Below are positions 10,089 to 17,746 of a DNA stretch of 64,000 nucleotides, piece by piece. The notes under the pieces are model-generated. The model made no database searches. It was not told the DNA's origin and saw only the letters and a list, made by a program, of their open reading frames with translations. The position numbers were made by a program, and so were the translations under genes. The DNA comes from an uncultured Actinomycetota bacterium (GTDB lineage Bacteria > Actinomycetota > Actinomycetes > Mycobacteriales > Mycobacteriaceae), in NCBI GenBank assembly GCA_963784685.1, contig CAWASF010000019.1, forward strand, positions 730,933 to 794,932. Direction: 5' to 3'. The stretch's first letter is position 1; each line of letters begins with the position of its first letter.

Positions 10089-11828
10089 ATGCTGTCGCGC
10101 TTCGTCAAAATCCAGCTGGCGATCTTCACGATCGTCGGGACCATCGGCGTGATCGCGATGGTCCTCTTCTACATCCAGGCGCCGACCCTGCTGGGCATCG
10201 GTCGGATGACGGTCACGCTGGAGCTGCCGGCCACCGGCGGCCTGTACCGGTTTTCCAACGTAACCTACCGCGGGGTACAGCTCGGCAAGGTCACCTCGGT
10301 GGGGCTGACGCCGACCGGCGCGAAAGCCACGCTGTCGCTGAGCACTTCACCCAAGGTCCCCGCGAACCTCACAGCCAATGTGCTCAGTGTCTCCGCGGTG
10401 GGCGAACAGTACGTGGACTTGCAGCCCAAAACCGATTCGTGCCCCTGCCTCCACGACGGTTCCGTGATCGCCGCGCGCGACACGACGATTCCGCAGGCGG
10501 TCGGTCCGATGCTCGACCAGGTCAGTGCCCTGGTCAACAGCATCCCGAAGACCAAACTCGGCCAATTGCTCGACGAGACCTTCAAGGGCTTCAACGGAAC
10601 CGGCTACGACCTGGGGTCACTGTTCGACTCCACATCGACGATCTCGCGCGACGCGAGCGGAGTCGTCGATCGCACCCGGACCCTCACCGAAGACTCTGGG
10701 CCGCTATTGGATTCGCAAGCGCAAACCACCGATTCGATCAGAACGTGGGCCCGTAGCCTCGCCGGCATCACGGGCGTGGTTGCGAACGACGATTCCCGGG
10801 TTCGCACCCTGCTGCGGAACGGTCCCGAGGCCGCGAACGAAGCGTCCCGGCTTCTCGAACAAGTCAAACCGACACTGCCTGTGTTGCTTGCCAACCTGAC
10901 TACCATCGGGCAGATCGGCGTCACGTACCATCCGTCGCTGGAACAGTTGCTGGTGTTGCTGCCGTCGGCCGTCGCTATCGAGCAAGCTTCCGGCCCCCTG
11001 AACCATCCCGACGGTATGGCCCAGGGCGACTTCGCGCTCACGATCGACGATCCGCCCATTTGCACGGTCGGCTTCATGCCACCCAGCCAATGGCGATCGC
11101 CGGACGACATCAGCGACATCGACACACCGGACGGGTTGTATTGCAAACTCCCGCAGGATTCACCGCTTTCGGTTCGGGGCGCCCGCAACTATCCCTGCAT
11201 GGGTCACCCCGGCAAGCGCGCACCCACCGTCGAAATCTGCAACAGCGACCAGCCGTACATGCCGCTGGCAATGCGCCAGCATGTTCTCGGCCCCTCGCCA
11301 CTGGACCCGAACCTGCTCTCCCAGGGCATCCCGCCCGACGACCGGGTCAATTCCAACGACAGGATCTTCGGCCCGATCGAAGGAACGCCACTGCCGCCGG
11401 GGGCGGTGCCGCGCGGCACGCCGCCGGGGCCGCGAGGCGCATATGGACCACCCGGGCCGGGATACGCTGCGCCGCCGGTGCCCTCATCGGGACCCCGGCT
11501 CGCGCCCATGTCGCCGATGTCGGCCGACCTTCCGCCCATAGCGCCACTCGACGTGCCCTCGCCCGGGGAACTTCCCGCACCGCTCGCCGGGCCGCCGCCG
11601 CCCCCTCCGCCCGATGCCGCCCCACCCGACACGACCAATGATGGCGGGCCGCAGGCGGCTCCGAGCTCGTTCGGAGGTGACCCGACCAAGCCGCCGCCGT
11701 CGGTCGTGATCGCCCGATACGACCAGCGCACCGGTCGCTATGTCGGTCCGGACGGGAAGTTGTACCAGCAGTCGGATCTCGCGACCTCGAAGGCGCCCAA
11801 GACGTGGCGGGACATGCTTCCCACCTGA
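10089..11828 (+). CDS. mceF: Mce-family protein MceF
   Basis: The ATG directly follows the mceE TAG stop. TM segment plus Mce domain (MTVTLELPATGGLYRFSNVTYRGVQLGKV). The C-terminal region is long and Pro-rich. Confidence 0.9.
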   Translation: MLSRFVKIQLAIFTIVGTIGVIAMVLFYIQAPTLLGIGRMTVTLELPATGGLYRFSNVTYRGVQLGKVTSVGLTPTGAKATLSLSTSPKVPANLTANVLSVSAVGEQYVDLQPKTDSCPCLHDGSVIAARDTTIPQAVGPMLDQVSALVNSIPKTKLGQLLDETFKGFNGTGYDLGSLFDSTSTISRDASGVVDRTRTLTEDSGPLLDSQAQTTDSIRTWARSLAGITGVVANDDSRVRTLLRNGPEAANEASRLLEQVKPTLPVLLANLTTIGQIGVTYHPSLEQLLVLLPSAVAIEQASGPLNHPDGMAQGDFALTIDDPPICTVGFMPPSQWRSPDDISDIDTPDGLYCKLPQDSPLSVRGARNYPCMGHPGKRAPTVEICNSDQPYMPLAMRQHVLGPSPLDPNLLSQGIPPDDRVNSNDRIFGPIEGTPLPPGAVPRGTPPGPRGAYGPPGPGYAAPPVPSSGPRLAPMSPMSADLPPIAPLDVPSPGELPAPLAGPPPPPPPDAAPPDTTNDGGPQAAPSSFGGDPTKPPPSVVIARYDQRTGRYVGPDGKLYQQSDLATSKAPKTWRDMLPT

Positions 11829-12109
11829 CCACATGAACGCGGAGCACATGTGATGCCGCGGCGGGTTGTCATCGAGATCGACGGTGGGGCGAAGAAGTTC
11901 GAGTGCGCTGCACGCTGCCGTCGATTTCCGCGTAAGGACTAATGATTCACGTCCGCGCCAGTCACATCTGCCCCAGCTATCGCCGGGCCGAGCCGGTACA
12001 CGGTCTGCCCGCCTCGGAGTATCAAGCTAAGGCGCGCAAAGGATTTGACGCTCGGAGTTGGGCACAGCGAACACCCCGACCCCACGGAGGCTCGTGTGAC
12101 TGCGGCGTT

Positions 12110-12631
12110 CTAGGAGAGCTTGTCCAGGCGTAGCGGCATCGCGATGTCAAGCCACTGGTTTTGGCCGCAGGCACCGCTCGGGCCGACCGTCTTGTCCTTG
12201 CCGGCGAAGGTCGGCGACCCGAGACTGAATTCACCGTACGAGTTCACCGGATAGAAATAGAAGGTCTGCTGCCCGGTGAACGCGGTGCCGTCGGGGCACC
12301 GCTCCCAGTTCGGCACTTCGCGTTTGACGAACCACACGATGCCATCGTTCATGTACATCGGCGCGCTCCATCCCTGGTCGCTCGTCAGTGTGCCGTGGCA
12401 TTCCTGGAATGTGACGCACGACGAGGTGATGGTCCACGTTTGGTACACCGTCGCCTCGCCTTTGTACTGATCGTTGGTCTTGGCATAGTCGCCGATGGAC
12501 GTGGCGCGGTACGTCCCGTTGATGGCCACCTCTTCCTTGGTTGTTGCCCCGGCCGTGGACGCAGTGCCCAAACCGCCGATGACCGTGGCAGCCAACAGTG
12601 TTGCGGTGGTGAGTGTTCCAACTGAACGCAT
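12110..12631 (-). CDS. secreted protein of unknown function (signal peptide, several Cys)
   Basis: Internal ATG 12631 with GGAG 8 nt upstream was preferred over the TTG at 12649. The signal peptide is MRSVGTLTTATLLAATVIGGLGTASTAGA. The gene lies co-directionally downstream of the two Mas-like genes. Confidence 0.65.
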   Translation of the reverse strand: MRSVGTLTTATLLAATVIGGLGTASTAGATTKEEVAINGTYRATSIGDYAKTNDQYKGEATVYQTWTITSSCVTFQECHGTLTSDQGWSAPMYMNDGIVWFVKREVPNWERCPDGTAFTGQQTFYFYPVNSYGEFSLGSPTFAGKDKTVGPSGACGQNQWLDIAMPLRLDKLS

Positions 12632-12710
12632 CAGGAGCTCCGTTCTCAACCGATGACGTTACACCGCTTCGTCCGACCGGGTAACTGTTCGAAACGAAGA
12701 TTTGCCGCGC

Positions 12711-13352
12711 TCATCCGACCGGATCGAAATTCGCTATCAGCCAGGACCCTTTGACCTTCGTCAGCGTGACCACGACGCTGCTGTCGGCCTTCACGGGTTC
12801 TGGCTTCTGGGTGCTTGCCGTGGTCTGGTCGACGAACACCAGCACGACAGCCGAATCGCGACGCAAGTCCGAAAGGGCGGCCCGGATCACGTTGGCGGTC
12901 GCCGTCAGTTGCCCCTGCCGCGCTGCCGGCCCGACGATCTGGTCGGTGAATTTGCTGTAGTAGGCCAGAAAGTCGCCGGTGAGATGTGACTTGGCCTTGG
13001 CGAAATCACGATCCAAAGCCGTGTAGGAATACGACAACAAATCTACGGCGCCATCCGACGCCTCGTGTACCACCCGGTGTGCCGCCGCGTCGTCGATCTG
13101 CCGATCCGGAAGGTACAGAATCACGAACAGACCGGCAGCGACTCCCACCGCGGCGATAACCAATACGGTCGCGACTATCGAACGCCACCTAGCCAAACGC
13201 CGGCGGGTCCAGCGTCGGACCGCGGCCCGTCCGCCGGCGCGTGCCGAACCCTCGAAAGCCGGTGGTTCCCCGTCCTCGCCGGCGGGCGAGGCCTCCGTGC
13301 TCTCAATCGCCGTTTCGGTGCTGTCCAGCGACGAGTCATTCTCGACGGTCAT
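12711..13352 (-). CDS. Mce-associated membrane protein (Mas/Mam-like)
   Basis: Acidic N-terminus, a single TM segment, then the typical LLSYSYTALDRDFAKAKSHLTGDF ... VVLVFVDQTT ... KVKGSWLIANFDPV pattern of mycobacterial Mce-associated proteins. Confidence 0.8.
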   Translation of the reverse strand: MTVENDSSLDSTETAIESTEASPAGEDGEPPAFEGSARAGGRAAVRRWTRRRLARWRSIVATVLVIAAVGVAAGLFVILYLPDRQIDDAAAHRVVHEASDGAVDLLSYSYTALDRDFAKAKSHLTGDFLAYYSKFTDQIVGPAARQGQLTATANVIRAALSDLRRDSAVVLVFVDQTTASTQKPEPVKADSSVVVTLTKVKGSWLIANFDPVG

Positions 13353-14020
13353 TGCAGGAAATCAACTTTCGACATCTTGAACTGCCCGCCGTCACGGTCG
13401 AGATTGACGCTGAGCCGCCACACCGCCGGTGGCCGTTTCGTGTTATCGGCATTGGTCACATCGGATTTCGCCGCGACGAGCGCGACTGCCGAGTTGTCGG
13501 TCAGCGACTCGACTGCGACGGCTTCCACCGTGCCCTTGCTGACGACCTTTGAGGCCTCGGCCTGTTCGGCCATAACAGTTGATTGCGCTTGCATTTGGGC
13601 CTTCAGCGGGCCCGTGCACGCGTCGATGAGGCGCTGGATGTCCTCTTTAGCGTGCTGGGCGTCCATCGACATCAGCGCCGTGACCCCAAGGCGTGCGGCC
13701 GCGGCGAACTCCGCCGCGAGTTGCCGGTTGTGCGTGATGGTGTAGTGCTGCCACACCATGTAGCCGCTCGCGCCGAGCGAGGCGCAGGCGAGCACGATCG
13801 CCGCGCCAACAGCCGCCGCTTTCCGCCAAGGGGCGCGGAGCCACCGCGACCGCGGCCGCGACGACTTTGTGGCGGGCGGCCGGTCAGCGCCAAGCGCGGC
13901 GCCTTCGTCGTTCGCGTCCCCGGTTTTCGCCGCCTGGCGCAGCTTTGCCACACGTGCCCGGGCCGCCTCGACGCGCGCTTCCGCGCGGGCGACCTCCTCT
14001 TCTGCCTCCGCTGCCGACAT
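13349..14020 (-). CDS. Mce-associated membrane protein (Mas-like), coiled-coil N-terminus
   Basis: ATG 14020 (MSAAEAEEEVARAE...). A single TM segment and a C-terminal domain with architecture similar to the next gene. ATGA overlap with that gene at 13349-13352. Confidence 0.7.
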   Translation of the reverse strand: MSAAEAEEEVARAEARVEAARARVAKLRQAAKTGDANDEGAALGADRPPATKSSRPRSRWLRAPWRKAAAVGAAIVLACASLGASGYMVWQHYTITHNRQLAAEFAAAARLGVTALMSMDAQHAKEDIQRLIDACTGPLKAQMQAQSTVMAEQAEASKVVSKGTVEAVAVESLTDNSAVALVAAKSDVTNADNTKRPPAVWRLSVNLDRDGGQFKMSKVDFLQ

Positions 14021-14240
14021 TGGCTCCGGATCGTGCACGGAGAAGCAGCTTATCACTCCCAATCACGGCTACCGCTGTCATCGGACGAGCGTCCCTGCAA
14101 CCGTTAACATGCGGAGATACTCGTTCGCCGGCCAACCGGGTGCGGGCCGTTCGGGGCCGTTCGGTGGCCGAGGGCTGCCTGGCTCACCTCACCTTCTCCA
14201 ACCAGGAGAATTTTCTTTTCAGGTGTGGCAAAGTAATCGG

Positions 14241-14642
14241 GTGCGATCCATCGTGGCACTGGTTGCCGCGTTGCTCGGGGCCAGCGTGCTGGCGGCGCCG
14301 CCCGCGTTGGCCGGCCCGACCGTGTGCGACTACCCCGCCTGCACCCCGGGCATCATGCCGCATCAGGTCCTCGGCGCGCCGTGTGACAACACCACCTATT
14401 ACGCCTTCGGGACCGCGGACTATTACGTCTCCTTCGCCTCAGAGCCCGGACGGCTGATGTTCTGCGGCTCGCCGAGGCGATATCAGCCGCGATGGTTCCG
14501 GTCGCCGCCGATGGCGGGAATCAAGGACGAGGGCTCCGACTGCCACCAGTACCAGAACTACGTCGCGCAGGCGCCCGATGGCCTGTTCCTGGTCTGCATC
14601 GCCACCGAAGGCCATACGATCTGGGTCCGGGGCGACACCTAA
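14241..14642 (+). CDS. small secreted Cys-rich protein, unknown function
   Basis: GTG 14241 (alternative GTG 14223). Signal peptide VRSIVALVAALLGASVLAAPPALA. Six Cys in the mature part. The long upstream part of ORF 13869-14642 is antisense to the Mas gene. Confidence 0.55.
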   Translation: MRSIVALVAALLGASVLAAPPALAGPTVCDYPACTPGIMPHQVLGAPCDNTTYYAFGTADYYVSFASEPGRLMFCGSPRRYQPRWFRSPPMAGIKDEGSDCHQYQNYVAQAPDGLFLVCIATEGHTIWVRGDT

Positions 14643-15217
14643 CCCCCGTCGAAGAGCCGATGGGTAATTCGTAGCAGTTGGGCACGCAGTGTGTCGTCGT
14701 CGATGTCGGCCACCAACGGGTGCAGCACCCCGACCGCGATAGCGCCCGACAGCATCGCCGCCGACACCCGGGCGTCCTCGGCGGCGTCGTCGACCAGCAC
14801 GCCGTAGAGCCGCTGTATGAACTGCTGGAATGGGGCGTGCTCGGCCAGCAGCCGGACGATGACGGGATCGAACTGCAGGGTGCTCGCCGCACCGCGACGC
14901 TCGACGGCAAGATCGATCACCCGGTCGAGCAGGACGCGGCGTGCCAGGGTTCGGTGGTCGTGCGCCTCGGCTGCCTCCAGCGCCTCCTCGAGGCCCCCGA
15001 GTTCGCGCTCGGTGAGCGCGATGACGATCTGCTCCTTGGTTTTGAACTGGTGGTAGACGGCCGCCTTGGTGACTCCGACGGCATCCGCGATCATCTGCAG
15101 CGAGGTTCCGCCGACACCGTGCTCGGCGATCAACTCCAACGCGGCGTTCAGGATGCGTGTCTGAGCGGCGCTGCGGGTGATGAAGCGAAACCGGCTCCGG
15201 GTTTGGGGCGCGACCAC
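14639..15217 (-). CDS. TetR-family transcriptional regulator
   Basis: N-terminal HTH ALELIAEHGVGGTSLQMIADAVGVTKAAVYHQFKTKEQI. GTG start at 15217. Divergent from the membrane operon. Confidence 0.9.
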   Translation of the reverse strand: MVAPQTRSRFRFITRSAAQTRILNAALELIAEHGVGGTSLQMIADAVGVTKAAVYHQFKTKEQIVIALTERELGGLEEALEAAEAHDHRTLARRVLLDRVIDLAVERRGAASTLQFDPVIVRLLAEHAPFQQFIQRLYGVLVDDAAEDARVSAAMLSGAIAVGVLHPLVADIDDDTLRAQLLRITHRLFDGG

Positions 15218-15227
15218 ACCGAGAGCC

Positions 15228-15267
15228 TAGCCGATCGGCTATTGACTGTTGGGTAGCCGATCGGCTA
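15228..15267. promoter_or_regulatory. two copies of the perfect 14-bp palindrome TAGCCGATCGGCTA (candidate TetR operators)
   Basis: Copies at 15228-15241 and 15254-15267, 26 bp centre to centre. They lie in the 106-bp divergent region between TetR (start 15217) and the membrane operon (ATG 15324). A half-site TAGCCG recurs at 15279-15284. Confidence 0.6.
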
Positions 15268-15323
15268 GCTTCGCTCACTAGCCGGGCTCAGCTGATGATC
15301 CCGCGCGCCGGAAGGAGTCCCCG

Positions 15324-16103
15324 ATGTCCGACATGGGCGAGAGCGAAGGCGCGGGATTCCCGCGAGTTGCGTCGCGGCGGATCGACGGTGAGCTCATCCT
15401 TTTCTGGACATTGCCTGCGGCGGTGATCATTTGGATCGGCGCGTTCTTGCTGTTCCCGGGCTTCACTCCGCCCATGTCGCCCACGATGTCAGCCGACCAG
15501 GTCGCCGCGTTCTACCGCGATCAGGCGAACCTCCCGCGCATCCGCTGCAGCATGATCTTGTTCAACTGGTTCGGCGTGTGCCTCGTGCCGATCCTGATCC
15601 TGATGGTGATGCAGATCCGCCGGATGGCTCATCGCACGCCGATCTTCTCCTACTGCATGCTCGGCTGCATCGCCGGCGGACCGACGCTGTTCCTCGTCGC
15701 CGACATCTGCTGGCTGCTGGCCGCCTTCCGCCCGGAACGCAATCCCGAGTTGACCCAGTTGCTCAACGATTTCGCGTGGATCACGTTCACCACCGTCGTG
15801 CCCTTCCTCATCGGGCAAAGCGTGATCCTGGCCCTGGCGATCTACTTCGACGACCCCGCGAACCCGGTATTGCCTCGCTGGGTAGCGCATTTCAATCTTC
15901 TCGTCGCCGCCGCGATGGTGCCCGCGGCGTTCGTCGGGCTGGCCTTGACCGGCCCGCTGGCGTGGGACGGAACGTTGTCGTTCTGGCTGAAGAACATCGC
16001 CATCGCCGTCTGGATCGTGGTGATGGGCGTCGTTTTGGGCCGGGTCATTCATCGCGAGCGCGCCGAACACCGCCCGGACATCGAAGAACCGGTCGCCGTA
16101 TGA
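15324..16103 (+). CDS. 6-TM integral membrane protein, unknown family (paralog 1)
   Basis: ATG preceded by GGAAGGAG. About six hydrophobic spans. Shares motifs with the next gene: RPERNPEL/RPGRDPQL, DFAW/DFAF, FLIG, LPRW/FPKW, LAWDG/LAWNG. Confidence 0.75.
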   Translation: MSDMGESEGAGFPRVASRRIDGELILFWTLPAAVIIWIGAFLLFPGFTPPMSPTMSADQVAAFYRDQANLPRIRCSMILFNWFGVCLVPILILMVMQIRRMAHRTPIFSYCMLGCIAGGPTLFLVADICWLLAAFRPERNPELTQLLNDFAWITFTTVVPFLIGQSVILALAIYFDDPANPVLPRWVAHFNLLVAAAMVPAAFVGLALTGPLAWDGTLSFWLKNIAIAVWIVVMGVVLGRVIHRERAEHRPDIEEPVAV

Positions 16104-16852
16104 GCGTCCTGGTGGCACGGACGAATCGGCACAACCCGAAGCGCGAGCTGTGGTTGGCCTGGTGGACGCTCGTCGTCTTCTACAACTTCTTCTTTCTGGT
16201 GTTCTTCGTGATCACCCGCGTTCAGCCCCCGCCGAGCCCCGCCTGGGACACTCAGAGGGTCGTGCAGTGGTTCCACGACAACCGCTTTGGGCTTCTCGCG
16301 GGGTTCGCCATCATGTTCGTCATCACCGCCATGACCACGATGAGCAACGCCCTCATCGCCTATTCGATGCGGCGCATGTCGGTCAGCCGTGCGTTCGCTT
16401 ATTCGTACCTGATCCTGTATTCGCTCAGCGCGATTCCCGGCATGCAGCTGATGTGCATCGCGCTGACGGTGGGTGCCCTGCGACCCGGCCGCGACCCACA
16501 GCTGATCAGTTGGATCTACGACTTCGCCTTCTTGTCGTTCGTCGGCACGATGGGAGTGTTCCTGATCGGCTCGCTGGTGTGGATGCTCGCGATTCTCCTC
16601 GACAAGAACCAAGTGTTCCCAAAGTGGTTCGGCTATCTCAACCTCTGCAACGCGCTGACCGAGATCGTGGTGTCGCCCGCGTGGATCTTTCGGCGGGGCG
16701 TGTTGGCCTGGAATGGCCAGATCGCGTGGTGGCTCGACATGGTGGTGTTCGGCATCTACACCGGCGTTTTCATCTTCCTGCTCAGGAGGATGATCCAACG
16801 CGAGGACCTCGGAACCGGGCCGCTGCCCGAGCTTGTCGGGGCCGCGCGATGA
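16100..16852 (+). CDS. 6-TM integral membrane protein, unknown family (paralog 2)
   Basis: ATGA overlap at 16100-16103. Tandem paralog of the previous gene. The longer ORF 15431-16852 is an out-of-frame extension over paralog 1. Confidence 0.75.
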   Translation: MSVLVARTNRHNPKRELWLAWWTLVVFYNFFFLVFFVITRVQPPPSPAWDTQRVVQWFHDNRFGLLAGFAIMFVITAMTTMSNALIAYSMRRMSVSRAFAYSYLILYSLSAIPGMQLMCIALTVGALRPGRDPQLISWIYDFAFLSFVGTMGVFLIGSLVWMLAILLDKNQVFPKWFGYLNLCNALTEIVVSPAWIFRRGVLAWNGQIAWWLDMVVFGIYTGVFIFLLRRMIQREDLGTGPLPELVGAAR

Positions 16853-17436
16853 CGGACGTCGCCGAGGTGCGGGATGCCAGCAAGCCCGCCACGTTCATAC
16901 CCGGGCAACCGGACATGTGGGCGTTCGTGCTATTCGAAACCCTAATTTTCACATGCTATTTCGGTTTCTATCTGTTCGACCGCGCGCAAAACCCCGGGGT
17001 CTTCCTGCGAGCCCAGGCCCAGTTGGATCTACGGATCGGCGTTTTCAACACCCTCGTCCTGCTGCTGAGTTCCTGGTCGGTGGCGCGCTGCGTCCAATCG
17101 GCCCGCGCCGGCGCCTACCGACCCGCGTTGAAGGACGCCTTCCTCACCGGGTTCTTTGGTGTGGTGTTCATGGTGTCCAAGGTTTTCGAGTGGGCCACGC
17201 AGATCCGCCTGGGAAACGGTTTCTCCAGCAACGAGTTCTATACCTATTACTACTTTCTCACCGGAATCCACTTCGTCCACCTGCTGATCGGCTTCGTCGT
17301 CCTCGGTGTCGCCATTCACCAACTGCGGAGCCCGGCGAGACGATCACAGGAGCTCGTCGAAACGTGCGCCACGTACTGGCACACCGTGGACTTCCTCTGG
17401 GTGCTCATCTTCGCACTGCTCTACGTGGTGAGGTGA
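16849..17436 (+). CDS. cytochrome oxidase subunit III-family protein (CyoC/NorE-like, 195 aa, about 5 TM)
   Basis: ATGA overlap at 16849-16852. Its size, TM pattern and stretches such as FYTYYYFLTGIHFVHLLIG and TYWHTVDFLWVLIF resemble short COX III family members. Confidence 0.75.
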   Translation: MTDVAEVRDASKPATFIPGQPDMWAFVLFETLIFTCYFGFYLFDRAQNPGVFLRAQAQLDLRIGVFNTLVLLLSSWSVARCVQSARAGAYRPALKDAFLTGFFGVVFMVSKVFEWATQIRLGNGFSSNEFYTYYYFLTGIHFVHLLIGFVVLGVAIHQLRSPARRSQELVETCATYWHTVDFLWVLIFALLYVVR

Positions 17437-17439
17437 TCG

Positions 17440-17724
17440 GTGATCAGATTCAACAAGAGGCTGCTGGTCGTTTGGGTGGTGCTGGCATCGCTCACGCTGT
17501 CGTATCTCTGGATCGACCACTCCGTCGGTTCCTCGTTGCGGGCCAGCGCGGTCGTCACATCGGCCGTCATCGTGATCGCAGTCGTCAAGGTGCGCATCAT
17601 CTTTCGGGAGTTCATGGAAGTCAGGCAGGCTCCCGCCCTGCTGTGCCGCCTGACGGACGCGTGGGTGATACTCATCGCCGTGAGCCTGCTGGGGTGCTAC
17701 TTCACCGGCATGGCGATGCGGTAG
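17440..17724 (+). CDS. small 3-TM protein, prokaryotic COX IV / CyoD / NorF-like
   Basis: GTG 3 nt after the previous stop. 94 aa. The N-terminus IRFNKRLLVVWVVLASLTLSYLW is typical of small oxidase subunit IV-like proteins that follow subunit III genes. Confidence 0.6.
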   Translation: MIRFNKRLLVVWVVLASLTLSYLWIDHSVGSSLRASAVVTSAVIVIAVVKVRIIFREFMEVRQAPALLCRLTDAWVILIAVSLLGCYFTGMAMR

Positions 17725-17746
17725 TTCTGGAAATGTGTGGCCGCGC

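Noticed and set aside
11853-11942. 29-codon ORF (MPRRVVIEIDGGAKKFECAARCRRFPRKD) in the gap after mceF
   Set aside because: It has no SD sequence and no recognisable family, and is too short to support from sequence alone. The 280-bp gap is left unannotated.
14145-14164. Perfect tandem 10-mer GGCCGTTCGG x2
   Set aside because: There are only two copies in a GC-rich promoter region. It is mentioned under the Mas finding but is not strong enough to call as a regulatory site on its own.
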